Below, one piece after another: positions 13,030 to 25,463 of a DNA stretch of 64,000 nt. The position numbers were made by a program, and so were the translations under genes. Where the stretch lies: positions 868,001-932,000 of the forward strand of contig NC_045696.1 in NCBI RefSeq assembly GCF_009834535.1, given 5' to 3'. Source of the stretch: Camelus ferus (lineage: Eukaryota). The notes under the pieces were generated by a model. That model saw nothing but the letters and a program-made list of their open reading frames with translations, did not search any database and had not been told where the DNA came from. Numbering within the stretch: position 1 is the first letter of the stretch; the number at the start of each line of letters is the position of its first letter.

Positions 13030-13480
13030 TCTCCCATGAACCCCTGTGCCCACTGCCCACCTGTCCATGCCACCTGGGTGTCCAGGGCCGAAGTCCGAAA
13101 CCAGCTACTGACTTCCGGCCACCCCTCATCGTCCCCCCAGCTGCTCAAGCCCCTGCATCATCCCCCAGTCCTCACTCACCTCCCTGGCCGCCCCAGCCCC
13201 CCAGCTCCGGTCACCACCTCCGTCGTCTCTCCTGCAGGCAGCAGCCTCCCATCTGAACCTTCCTCCCTGACTCCCCAGGGCCCAGAGGGTGAGACATCTT
13301 CCCCACCCCTTCCTCACCATCCCCAGCTGCGCTCTTCCCTTCCCTCCCCCAACCCACCCAGCTCCCCCCTATCCCGGGCCACTGTGTGCAAGGCCCCCTG
13401 CGCCACCAGCTGGACCACCACCGCCTCAGCAAGGCCCCCGGGACCACCAGCCAGCAGTCCCCCCACTTTGTCATCTCCTC
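13030..13480 (+). mobile_element. L2 remnant (GC-enriched)
   Basis: ccacctgggtgtcc...gtccgaaaccagctactgacttcc and ...ccagctggaccacc resemble the L2 RT C-terminal region. Confidence 0.45.
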
Positions 13481-16400
13481 TTCTCATCCATCTGGCCTGT
13501 GACTGCTGCGTTTTCAGGTCATTTCCTTTGTTCTGCTCTCTTGCCCCCAGTAGAACAAGCTGTGCTCCCTGCCACAGCCCCGAGCCTGGAAGAGCACTCG
13601 CCCGGTGGGAGGCAGCCCCTGCGCGAGCCTGACGGGGCATGTGGAAGACACACTGCCAGGCGGGGCGGCTGCGCTGCCCTGCAGGGCTCCTCTCCCTGCA
13701 GGCTGGGCCCCGGGAGAATGGGCAGAACTTTAATAAGAAAGTGTGCTGGGAGGCCCAGGGTGTGTGTGCCCTTACGCCCATGGGCACTCTCTCTTTTTTC
13801 AGAATCACAGAGTGAAATAATAGTTCTCAGATAGGAAAAGAAAGAGAAGACGTTATACCTACCCCTAGGAGACTCGTAATTCAATTAATGAGGAGAAACA
13901 CAATGAGGGCGCGTGTGACGAGGCGTGCTCCTCCGCTCGGGGCTCAGGCGCTGCGGGCGCCCACACGGCCCAGGTGGAAGCAGGTGGAAGCTGCCGCGGA
14001 CCACACGGGGGCCACGTGAGCCCAGGCTCCCGCACCCTCAGTGGTCTGAACATGACACCCCAGCACCGTGCACGTGACTGCACACCCACGGCAGAATTTT
14101 ACCATTAGAAAGACATCTTAAAAGCACAGACTAGAAAAGAGGCACAATTAACAAGCAAACTTTTATTCCGTTTTCAGACTTAGCCACAGACACAAATAAC
14201 AGTCACACTCTTATTTGAGCTACTGCTTGTAATTTCCCAAATTTTAGGCGGAGAGGACTTTCTTGGAATCTTAGTGTTCCCATCAGAACGTGTACCAGGA
14301 GCAGAAGGGGTGGCTTCATCCTCCTACTGCCCCCTCAGAGCAGAGCTGCCTGCCCAGCCCAGCAGCCTGAGAGCTGACAGCCCCCAGCTCAGGGAGGGAG
14401 GGCCTTCACTAGATCCCACTGAGGCCCCCACCTTGACTCTCGGCCCCCCTACACACACACACACGCGCACATCTGCGCCATTGGCCACCCTCCCACTTAC
14501 ACATTTCACATCAGTTTCAGTGTCCATGTTATGTGCATGGCAGGGCCCATCGTGATGTACACAGGGAGACACCCAGCTGTCCCACCTCGCTTGGCAGGGG
14601 CAGGACAGGGACCCCGCAGGCTCCCTGACCTGAAGCCTTGGCTCCAGAGGCTCCAGTGAGGAGAGGATGAGCGAGCAGAGATCAGGAGAGAGTGGGGGCA
14701 GTGGCCATGGGCCTGCCACCTCCAAAGACCCCTTAATGATGACTGGGGTAACAGTGACTTCACAGCAGGACACACTTGGAGCTACAGATCCTAGGAATCT
14801 GCTCCAGGTTCCCATTTCTGCTAGATGGGAACTCACTCTACGAAAGATCTCAACAAAGGGAGAAGAGCAAATGCCACTGCTTTTACCTAAAACTAAACAG
14901 GCCAGAGCAAAGGTGTGACTTCAAGAGGACACAGTTCCCCCAGATCTGGGGGAAGGAGTGTCTCATTAACTTACCCCTCCAACCGAGCAAATGCGGAGCC
15001 CTGCAGTGCCAGCGAGAAGCTGGGGTAACTAGGATTTGCAAGCGCTTCTGGGGGAGGACAGGCAAGGGTGAGTCCGCTCGACCCCGTCCCAGAGTCCAGC
15101 GATGCAATTACTGCCCCTAAGTAAGTATGCTCTTAGTGGCAGTCCCAGCAGAAAGGCGGCGGCCAGGTGTTGGACCTTTTTACTCCTCCACCTCAAAACA
15201 TAGCAACCTGAGGCCAATGCATGGTGGAACGTGGTCTTCAAAGAACGCAGAGGCCAAGACCCTGAGCGACCCTCGCCTGACCTCCGCCCAGCATTGCCCA
15301 GCACCACCCTGCACGCCGGGCCGGGCGTGCTCCCTGGCCTGGGAGAGCAGGCGCTCGCCCATCCGCACGCCTGACGCGGATTTCCTCTGCTCAGCAGCTC
15401 AGTGTCATGCTCACAGCACCCACTCAAGTCCTGGGATGGGGTAATTTTCTGTTTTGTTTTCCTATTTAAGATAGACCATACTCCACGTGTGCAAATACAG
15501 ACACACACATACATATATCAGTCTTTTTAAGTTATGTCGGTGGACTTTTTCACTATCCACGTGTAATCATTTATAAAAGGACTCTGTTTCAATCTCATGT
15601 TTCAATACATGGATTTCCTAATTAAAATTTTAAACTTCATTATTTTTACTTTCTTAGTGTTCTGAGTCGGTCACTCTGATGACCAGAATCAGACATGGGA
15701 ACTCTCACCAGGGTATCGAAGTTGACTAAAACGCATCTACCAGACTTTCTAGACAACTCCCCAAACACAAGCATTTCAGTCAGGCTCTGCCCTGCCCTCC
15801 TCGGAGCTGGCTGCCGTGTGACAGCGGGTCCTGGTCGGGACAGAGGCCAGGTGCCCAGCCCTGTTCTTCACGACAGCAAACGTACACTCCTGCAAAACAC
15901 ATGCTTGCTCTCCGTGCAGAAAGTTCAGAAAAGGCAGAAAAGTGCAAGAAGTACATTTAAAAGCACCTCCAGTTCCCAGACAGAAGCACTGGCAGCAGCA
16001 GAGTGTGTTTTCTTCTGGTAGTTTCTCATGGTAACATGCACCTATGTATTTTTTAAAATAAAGTGAGACAGATTATAAATGCTTCCAAAATAAAGCTATT
16101 ATCATATATTTAACATACTGAGCCCTTAATAAAGTATAAACAGCAGCAAGTTTTCCTCTTCAGGTGGAAAAGCCTCGTCGATGTCAGAGGCCGCAGCATC
16201 CCCACCACCTCCCTCACCTTCCGTGGGCTCTGGGGACGCGCTCTCTACTAACCACTGGCTATCACACGTGTCCACTCCACTTACTGGCCTTTGAACTTGG
16301 TACGTGGCGATCTTGCCCTATAGAAGTTCTGAAATCTGGCATTCTTTTAGTTTCCAGGTTTGGTGTTATTACTGGAGAAGTCATCCCAAAGATATTCACC

Positions 16401-16848
16401 CACATTTTCTGCTTTTCTTACCCTCTCGGTCAGTTCCTCAGCTGTCTTTCCTTGTGATGCCACCTCTGGCCACTGTGGGAACATCTGTGCTCCTCCCCTC
16501 TGCTGCAGACACACCACAGCTGTCCATGAGTCACCCACATCCACGGCAAAGCCCACCCCTCCCGCAGCCCCCCTTCCCCAAGGCTCAGCTGCACATCCTT
16601 GATTCTGAGGCAAGATCGATCCTTCCTCAGGGCAAGAAACTGTGAATGGTCAGCCACATACATCTGAGCAAGTCACACAAATCTGACCTACTCCCTGCAT
16701 TCTCCTGTCCAGGCTTCTCACACACTGATCTGCCCTCTCACAAGCTGGGCTCTAGATTCTCTCCTTGGATCTGCTGAGCTATTTGCCACTTTCAGAACTA
16801 ATACCCCTGCTCCGGTTTCTTCAGTGTTCTAGAACATCTTGATACCAG

Positions 16849-17594
16849 AGGTTGCTCCCATGTCTTGGCTATTGTAAATAGTGCTGCTGTGAACATTGGG
16901 GTGCAGGTGTCTTTTTGAATTAGAGTTCCCTCTGGATATATGCCCAGGGGTGGGATTGCTGGATCATATGGTAAGTCTGTTTTCAGTTTTTTGAGGAATC
17001 TCCATACTGTTTTCCTTAATGGCTACACCAAACCACATTCCCATCAGCAGTGTAGGAGGGTTCCCTTTTCTCCACACTCTCTCCAGGATTTATCATTCAT
17101 GGACTTTTGGATGGCCATTCTGACTGGTGTGAGGTGATACCTCATTGTAGTTTTGATTTGCATTTCTCTGATAATTAGAGCATTTTTTCATGTGCCTATT
17201 GACCATCTGTATGTCTTCATTGGAGAATTTCTTGTTTCGGTCTTCTGCCCACTTTTGGATTGGGCTGTTTTGCTGTTGTTGTTATTTAATTGTATGAGCT
17301 ATTTATATCTTATGGTTACTGGGGCAAAGGGATGGAAAGGGATAAATTTGGGAGTTTGAGATTTGCAAATATTAGCCACTATATATAAAAATAGATTAAA
17401 AAACAAATTTATTCTGTATAGCACAGGGAATTATATTCAATATCTTATAATAATCTTTAATGAAAAAGAATATGAAAATGAATATATGCATGTATATGTA
17501 TGACTGGGACACTGTGCTGTACACCAGAAATCGATACATTGTAACTGACTCTACTTCAATTAAAAAATTAAAATTAAAATTAAATTTAAAAAAG
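16849..17594 (+). mobile_element. Young L1 3' fragment with inverted 5' part (16849-17309 minus; 17310-17594 plus with A-rich tail)
   Basis: The minus segment is the end of ORF2 (gctattgtaaatagtgctgctgtgaacattgggg...). The plus segment is 3' UTR, ttatggttact...ctacttcaattaaaaaa. Confidence 0.85.
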
Positions 17595-17789
17595 AAGTTA
17601 GATAAACCAGATGAAAAAATCCCTAAAAACAAATATAAACTACACTGATTCAAGAAGAAATAGAAAATCTGACTAGGGATAGATGTAAACAGAGCTGATA
17701 TAGTATAAATGATATATGGAGACACATTGCAATGGAAGAGAATTAAGAATCTGGAAATAAACCCCTACATTTACAGTCCATTGGTTTTT

Positions 17790-18011
17790 TTTTTAACATT
17801 TTTTATTGATTTATAATCATTTTACAATGTTGTGTCAAATTCCAGTGTAGAGCACAATTTTTCAGTTATACATGAACATATATATATTCATTGTCACATT
17901 TTTTTCTCTGTGAGCTATCATAAGATCTTGTATATATTTCCCTGTGCTATACAGTATAATCTTGTTTATCTATTCTACAATTTTGAAATCCCAGTCTATC
18001 TCTTCCCACCC
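17790..18011 (-). mobile_element. 5'-truncated young camelid-type L1 3' end with 18-bp TSD
   Basis: PolyT then aacattttttattgatttataatcattttacaatgttgtg. TSD tacagtccattggttttt at 17772-17789 and 18012-18029. Confidence 0.92.
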
Positions 18012-18031
18012 TACAGTCCATTGGTTTTTGA

Positions 18032-18091
18032 CAACTTAATGAAGAAAGACTATACATTTCAACTTAATGAAGAAAGACTATACATTTCAAC
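18032..18091 (+). repeat. Perfect 28-bp tandem duplication caacttaatgaagaaagactatacattt x2
   Basis: Directly visible in sequence. Confidence 0.95.
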
Positions 18092-18599
18092 AAAGGGTGT
18101 TGGGACAACTGAGTATCTACATGCAAAATAAAAAATTTGGAACCCTACTTCATACCAGATACAAAAATTAATTCAAAATGGCTTAAAGATCTAAATGTAA
18201 GAGCTATATCTGTAAAACTCTTAGAAGAAAACATGAAAAATACAAAAACCTTGCATTAGTCAATAGTTTTTTAAATGCAACAACAAAAGTTGTTGCATTA
18301 AAAAAAACAAAAATAAACAAATTAGATGGACAACTAATTTATGACGAAGGAGAACACAGAATGGAATAGGATAGTCTCTTTAATAAACGGGGTTGGGAAA
18401 ACTGGACAATCACAAGCAAATAAGTGAAACCGGGCCACATCTCACCCCAATCACAAAAACCAACTAGAAATTGATTAAAGACTTGAATGTAAGACCTGAA
18501 ACCATAAAACTTCTAGAAGAAAACACAGGCAGTGAACCCTTTGTCATCAGCTTTAGCATTATCTTTCTAGCTATGTCCAGATGTCAAAGAGAGTCTTCT

Positions 18600-20060
18600 G
18601 TCTTCCATAAATTTTAGTCTTGCTTTTCACACTCAGGATTTTATTCCATCTAGAATTCAGTCTCATATATGAAGCATGAGGTATGGATCTAATTTGACCT
18701 TTACCACACGGGTAGAAGGTTATCCCAGCAACATTTACTAAAAGAGCCATTGTTCGCCATGGACTTGTGCTGCATCCTCCCACATTGTGAATTCCTTCGG
18801 GTGTAGGGTTGTAGGGGAGGGGGGTGGGGAGCGTGGGTAGGTGTGGGTGGGTATATGTACAGGTATAGGGAGGCGGGTGGGTGTGGGGGGTGTGAGCAGG
18901 GTAAGTGTGTTCCCTAACTCTGTTGCACTGTCATATTTGCTTACCCCGGTCTAATAATGCAAACCCTAAACAGCACACCTTTATAAGGAGCATTAATATC
19001 TGAAAGGGTAAGTCCCTCTGCTTTTTCCCGAAGGTCGTCAGGATTTTGGAGCCTTACTCCTCCACCCGTATCTTAGAGTCAGTATTTCAGAATCCGTGAG
19101 AAGCCCCGTCAGGACCTGCTCTGTAGCTAACTGACAGACGCCCTGTTAAATACTGATCATTCACACAGGTAACAAGATACAGCTAATACCGTTTAGTTAG
19201 CCTTCTCTTTTTATTTTTTTATCAATCCTGCCAAGAGTTTGAAATTTTGGTTTTTCTTCAAAAGAACCAGTTTTTTACTTTATTACTTACATTTTTCTTT
19301 GATTCCCACTTTACAAATTTGTTCTTAATGCCGTAATTCCCTTCCACTCCCTGCTGCTCTCCTTCGCTGTCCTAACTTCTTAATTTGGACACTTACTTGG
19401 TCAGTTTGGAGCCTTTATTCTTTTCAGGCGCACAACTCCCAGGACACACTCCCCCAGGGCCGTGCGCCGAGGCCCCGGCCCGCCCGCGGTCAGCCTGGTG
19501 CCCCTGCCATGTCGGCCTCACTGGAACGCCTTGCAGTGCTTCTTAAATGTCAAGTATACATACTTTCATTCTCTGTGATCTTATAATTGAAATCTGCCTT
19601 AGCTTCATTTGGTCAGAGAACATGGTCTGAAAGCATCTGAGATGAGACTCATTTGGTCACAATTTTAAAAATGTTTCACATGCACTGAGAGCTCATATCC
19701 TCTCTAATGGGTGCTTATCTTAGTATGAGCCAGGGGTGGAGCTTGTTCCAATCTTGCACACTCGTATTTACGTATTTGTGTCTGACGTGTCCGTTCCTGA
19801 GAAAGGAACATCAAAGCAGCCCTACGACTGCAGAGTTATCAAACTTCACCGTGTAAAGCAGCCCGTTTTTCTGTACATCCTGAGGTGCGGTTACCACACG
19901 TGTGTAAGTTCAGGACCGTTGTACTCTACCACGATTATTTTCTTTTATCATCATAAACTACATTTCACATTAAAAAGCTTTTTGTCCTTTCATGCATTCA
20001 TCTGACTGTAACAGAGCTATACCAGTTTTAACTGCCTAGTATATTTACTTTATATAAATG
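18600..20060 (-). mobile_element. Old L1 ORF2 remnants, antisense
   Basis: ttttagtcttgcttttcacactcagg...ccatctagaattc and ttttcttcaaaagaaccagtttt match reverse-complement L1 ORF2. Confidence 0.65.
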
Positions 20061-20199
20061 ATCAAACTCTCCCACAGAAGACATTATTAAAAGCACTTGA
20101 GTGGACTTTGTATTGTACCATTTAACTCCAACCTCAGGAGCCTCGTGTCCTCATCAAGTCGCTGGGTGCCCTGAAGCACCGGATTTCCTGGAGGGCTGA

Positions 20200-20480
20200 A
20201 TGTCGGCTTTGAGGTAAGAGGTGCAATCAGGGTGGCTCCAAGGCTTTGGTGGAAGCAACTAGACAGTGGGGCTGAGGGCAAAGTTCAGGAGTTCGGTCCT
20301 GAACACGTTAAGTCTGAGATGCTTGCTGGCCTTGAAGGTGGAGATGTCAAACACACAAAACACAAGTTCGTCCAAGGTTGACGGGGGAAACCGCAGGTGG
20401 GAGTCGTCAGAACAGAGAGTGGGTGAGGTCCCCCCAACCCCGAAGGAGTGAGGGAAGAGGAGCCACATGGGAGAGTCAAA
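20200..20480 (-). mobile_element. L2 remnant
   Basis: Minus translation DISTFKASKHLRLNVFRTELL resembles the L2 RT C-terminal motif DISxWMxxxHLKLNxSKTELL. Confidence 0.75.
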
Positions 20481-21465
20481 ACACACGAGTGAAGGCAGCA
20501 TATTCTCTACAGGGTAGGGAGGCCACCAGCCTCCAGAGGAAAAGAAAAGCAAGATAGCTAAACTCGATACACTGACATCCTCCCAGCCCCAGAACTGAGA
20601 CCAAGTCCCAACACAACAGGAGTTTAACCACGCGGCTCTGGGCACGTCCCCACTTCCTCTCAGCTGTCCTAGGAACAGGTCCCCTTCCCCATGCCAACAA
20701 GGAAGAGAACACAACACGCAAAGGAAGAAAACAGAAATCTGGGCAGAGCCCGGACAGCGGACTTGCGAGGAGTCACTGAATCTGAGAAAGATCGTGAAGA
20801 TCGTGAAGAAAGCCACCTGCATGTGACTCAAGGGGACACCTCGGCCTGCGCACACTGTAGAAGCCTGGGTAAGATGGTGCAGGTGCTTCGGTCACCTTGT
20901 GCAGGTGCGTTGGGGGTCAGAAGTCACGTGGCTGCACGTCTTTGGTGTCAATTCTTGTTGTCACTGTCGTCTCTAAGGGCCTACAGACCAGCTAGTGCAC
21001 ACCCTCACCCCCAAGAAGGTCCTGCAGGCCTGTGCCCCAGAGCAGCGGCCAGCAAGGTGGGCACAGCCTGGAGGAGCCCACGTTGTGCGGGGGGAGAGGA
21101 CACACAGAGCCTCACGTTAGAGGAGGGACACGTGGACCGACAGCCATGACGCAAGGGGGGCAACGCTGCCCCCACCGTGCTGCGGTCACAAGCAGTGGGC
21201 TGCCGTCCTCCCAAGGGGGGATGAGGAGGGCCGCAGGGATGACCTGGCATGCTGTGCCAGGCCACAGGGACAGCACTGGACCCGCAGTTTAGACGGGCGG
21301 TCCTGACAGAGGCAAAGCAAGGACAAGGTCAGGGCTCTGCCCCGGGTGTCTGGAACAGAAACTAAGTGAATGGGAAAAGGGGTGGGCTCAGCAGGACAGA
21401 CGGGTGCAGCCAAAGCCAGAGGACCCAGGACATGTGGCGCCGGGGCTCACAGGCTGGGACCTTAC

Positions 21466-21633
21466 CTGAAAGATAACAGGATGCCAAGGACAACTTCTGA
21501 TCAGCGGTGGCTTGTTGAAATCTAGGATTATATCACTACTGGAGTCATTTCCTAAAGTCCAGATAATACATTCGTCCCGAAACTCCCATGCGGTGCGAGC
21601 AGGTGACCTGCGCATCTCACTGCAGAGGCAGCA
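21466..21633 (-). CDS. Internal coding exon (168 nt, 56 codons): CCLCSEMRRSPARTAWEFRDECIIWTLGNDSSSDIILDFNKPPLIRSCPWHPVIFQ
   Basis: Consensus donor CAG|gtaagg. Acceptor gttgaaatag gives phase 0; an alternative acceptor ctctgcag would start the exon at 21619. Same frame as ORF 21388..21615. Confidence 0.7.
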
Positions 21634-21807
21634 CTATTTCAACATGAATTACACAGAAGCAGCCCTCGCCAACAACGTGCTGTCATGATCAGGATACAAA
21701 CGTGGATCTTGAAAACAGCTCAAGCTAATAAGACGTCAGCCACAAACCTATGTTCACACTGTCAGTGGGAGACTTGGAAACGAATCATTTGGAAAAGTCA
21801 GAGTGCA

Positions 21808-22753
21808 CAGTCATACCCCCTCATCCACAGTGGACACGTTCCAGGACCCCTGTGGATGCCTGAAACCAGTGAACAGTACAGAACCCTTTGTGCACTGTTT
21901 TCTCCTGTACGTATGTACCTATGATAAAATTTAATTTATAAATTAGTCCCAGGAAGAGATTAACAATAATAATTAATAGCCTCTCCAGTAATTTTTATAT
22001 TTTTTGGTCCAAACCTATTCCTGAATCTGCAGAAGCACCCTTCACCTGCAGTAAGTGGCTGGTGTCACTCACTTTGGGGGACCCCTTGCTGAAGACTTCG
22101 TACAGGCGCCGTGCCTTCTGGCCCAACACGTTGCCATCAATGTGCCATCGGAACACATCTTCTATTCTTGTCCTTAACCCACAAATCTAATGACTTTTCC
22201 ATCTTAACTAAGTACTTATTATGCACCGTGGCCATAACTTTTGCAGTTTGAGGTGTGACAGCAAAACTAGCACGAGTTTCTTTTTCCTTCTTCACAATTT
22301 CACAGATAGAAGATTCGTTCTTACCGTAGATCTTAGCAACCTCAGCATACCATTTTTTTCTTTCCTCATTAAGTCAAGAGCTTTCACCTTTTCACTTACA
22401 GGAAGAACTGTACAGCATCTCTCTGGCAGAGCTGAACTGCCAGCACCGCTTCTCTTGCTTGTACTTTGGGGCCAGGATCAGTTAAAATAAGGGTCATCTG
22501 AACACAAGCAGTGGGATGCTGGGACAGTCCATCTGATAACAGAGAGGTCTACTAAGTGACTGGTGGGTGGGGCACACTGGACAAAGGGGTGACTCGTGTC
22601 CCAGGCAGGATGGAATGGGTGGTGCGAGATTTCATCACACGACACACATTCATAAACTTATGAATTATTGATTTCTGGAATTTTCCATTTAATAGTTTTC
22701 AACCCTAGGTAACTGAAATTGAAAAGCAAAACTTCAGATAGCAGGACCCACTG
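21808..22753 (-). mobile_element. Tigger7/MER44-type internally deleted DNA transposon with both termini
   Basis: Ends cagtcataccccctcatcc and gatagcaggacccactg|ta. The minus strand holds a frameshifted N-terminal transposase remnant (VLPVSEKVKALDL; YAEVAKIYGKNESSICEIVKKEKE; RFRNRFG). Confidence 0.88.
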
Positions 22754-22834
22754 TATTTGAAAGAGGTACGAGATAGTGTGTCTTCCAAACTGGCTCACCA
22801 AGTGAAAAACACAGCACAACTGCAAATCTGGGGA

Positions 22835-25170
22835 ACTTAGGGAATCACAAATTAAAATAATAATTTTTTATTATTATACCTATTAGAATTGTTAAAATCT
22901 TAAAAAACCAACAATACCAAATGCTGGCAAGGATGCAGAAAAGCAGGAAATCACTCTCATTCATTTCTAGTGGGAGTGAAAATAGCAGCCACTTTGGATG
23001 ATGGTTTGGAAGTTTCTCATGAAACTAAACACAGTGTTACCACATGACTCAGCAATCGTGCTCCCTGGTATTTGCTCGATAGGTTGAAAACTTAATGTCC
23101 AAACAAAAACCTGCACACAAATGTTTATAGCAGCTTTATTCGTGACCCCCAAAACTGGAAGCACAAAATGTCTTTGAATAGGTGAACAAATAAACAAGCC
23201 ACTAGTACATTCACATGATGGAATATTATTCAGCAATAAAAAGAAATGAACTATTAAGCCACAAAAAGAAAAAGATGAATCTTAAATACACATAGCTAAG
23301 TGGAAGAAGCCAATCTGAAAAGGCTACATACTGCACAATTTCAACTGTATGGCATTCTGGAAAAGGCACATCTGTACAGACGGCAAATAGATCAGTGGTT
23401 ATCAGGAGCTCGGGGAAGGTGCTGAACAGCTGATGCACAGAAGTTTTTTAAGGCCGTGAAACTATCACATGTCATGCTGTAATCATGACCACAAGACAGT
23501 AAGCGTTTGTCAAAAGCCAGCGAACTTTACAGCATGAAAAGTAAATCTTAATGTATGCAATTCTGAAAAACCACTTAGGATGTCAAGAGAATCCAAGATG
23601 GAATGTGGACTGTGACAAAAGACTAACTGTACTACAAATGCAAACCTCCCCGAAGCGAGTGGGGAGTAAGGGGCTGATGTAAGCATCTCTGGAAATGAGT
23701 GGAGTCTAGGAGAGAAAAGGCAAAAGGAACTGTACTCAAGGCTGTACTCTAGTTGATAAAGTTGTTTCCCAAGGGACACAAGTTACTAACTCTACTACTG
23801 CTGTGCATGTGCTGGACCCAACAATTCAGTCACGGATGGGACGGTGGGAGCCAGGTATGTCAGTGTTCAAGGGGGCGGTTACACGTCAGGAAGGGGAGGA
23901 GGCTAGAAGGGTCCATGCTGGGGGAACTGGAGCTGGAAATGTCAGCACGAGCTGATGTTTAGCTCAATACAGATACAGATGGTTCCATCCAGAGGTATTT
24001 ACAAGCTCCGCCAGCCAAGAGGGCCTGGAAGTAACAATACCTCAGTAGCAACAAGCGCACGGGTGCCCAGATATCAGTCTCTCATACCCTTTTCTGATGA
24101 AAGGCACCAGGCTCCCGGTTTCCCGGACGGGGCAGGACACACGCAAAATGACCCTAGAGCATCTTGTAGTCCTGGAAAGGAAAGCTACACCTGAACACAA
24201 AACCAAGGAAACACATGGGCACAACGGTCAGGGCGTCACAGGGACACAGAACAACTCCCTCGGCCAAAGCTGGAACAGTTGAGCAAAAGCATAAAGAAAG
24301 TAGCAGAAGACTCTAAGCCAAAGTAGAAAATAAACACCCGTGGGTCCGACCTGACTTCAGTAAACGACTGGCGAGCAAACCGGGAGACGAGGGAATCTGC
24401 TCCCAGGAGAACCCACGTCGGTTCAGCCGCTGCTCCGTCCTCAGGGAGGGGGGCGGACCCCCTCCTCGGGTGCTGGTGTGCACAGCACGGCGACCTCCTT
24501 CCGGGGGACAGTGGGGGGACAGCCGTGCGGCGGAGAGACCCCACAGACACCCCCACACCAGGTGACCAAGGTCAGCGGCCGCGGTGAAGGTCGTGGGGAC
24601 GGTCGTGCTGACGGCGCACCCTGGACGGGCCGTGATGAGAAGGGCCCTCTCCTCTGTGGTCTTCCTCCCAAAATCTACACCCTCCAATCTAATCAGCAGA
24701 CAAATTCCAACAGAGGAACATTATACAAAATATTTAACCAATACTCCTCCAATCTCCATCATAAACAAGGAAAGTCTGTGGGCGGAGTATAGCTCAGTGG
24801 TAAAGCGCGTGCTTAGCACACACGAAGTCCTGGGTTCAATCCCCAGCACCTCCACTAAAAAAATAAAAACAAATAAAAAGTTAAAAATTTAAAAAACAAA
24901 CAAACAAGGAAAATCTAAGAAAGAATCACAGCCAAGAAGAGCCTGAAGAGACATGACAAATGTATTCTGGGACAGAAAAAGGACAGCAGGGAAAAACCAA
25001 AGAAATCCACAGTATGGACTTCAGTGAATGACAACGAATCAACATGGGTCCATTAATTATGACAAATGCACCCGACTAATGTAAAATGTTAAACTGGGTG
25101 TGAGGTGTACAGGAATTCTCTGTGCTATCCTTACTATGATTCCATAAATCTAAAACTGTTCTAAAGAAGT
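22835..25170 (+). mobile_element. L1 3' end with long 3' UTR (L1MD/L1MC-like)
   Basis: ccaaatgctggcaaggatgcag...catgactcagcaatcgtgctccctgg; terminal taaatctaaaactgttctaaa. Confidence 0.85.
24778..24901 (+). mobile_element. tRNA-derived SINE (Vic-1-like) with 15-bp TSD
   Basis: A box tagctcagtgg, B box ggttcaatccc, A tail. TSD aaacaaggaaa(g/a)tct at 24763-24777 and 24902-24916. Confidence 0.93.
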
Positions 25171-25220
25171 TTGTTTTTTTTTAAAAAACCAGCAGTTAAA
25201 GGAAAAAACACAAAGGTCAC

Positions 25221-25463
25221 CAAGTTTTCTTTAGTCTGTGCACGGTGGGGAAACAGAAACTTCCTCCCAGGGCTGTCCAGTTCAGAAAGATTGTCGTGTG
25301 TCTTAAGACTTGGTATTGCAGAAATCAGAGGGAAGGTGTTTTGGCTAGAAGGTCCAAGTTTACAGGAAATGTTCAAGATATTATCGTTGGGGCACCTGGT
25401 AAGTTGTTGTGTTTTTAAGATGCAAAGTGTCTTCCCTCCCACCACGGTATGTGACCTGCTTAG
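25221..25463 (-). CDS. Internal coding exon (243 nt, 81 codons): LSRSHTVVGGKTLCILK...FPHRAQTKENL
   Basis: Acceptor tttgttctgcatttgttacag; donor TTG|gtgacc is weak. Lies in ORF 25161..25472, phase 0-0, in non-repetitive sequence. Confidence 0.6.

Larger units (their letters stand above)
17595..18590 (+). mobile_element. Older L1 ORF2 fragments; the same ORF2 region occurs twice (about 18090-18320 and 18325-18590)
   Basis: caagaagaaatagaaaatctg; ttaaagatctaaatgtaagagct...aaactcttagaagaaaac; ttaaagacttgaatgtaagacctgaaaccataaaacttctagaagaaaac. Confidence 0.8.

Noticed and set aside
12814..13632. 272-aa Pro/Ser-rich ORF
   Set aside because: Overlaps a C-rich L2 remnant; a compositional artefact.
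21980..22480. Domesticated Tigger transposase gene
   Set aside because: Only the N-terminal part remains, frameshifted, with the catalytic domain deleted.
24778..24855. tRNA gene-like sequences (also at 43912, 47877, 50684 and 52337)
   Set aside because: A and B boxes are present, but A tails, TSDs and divergent multi-copy status indicate SINEs rather than tRNA genes.
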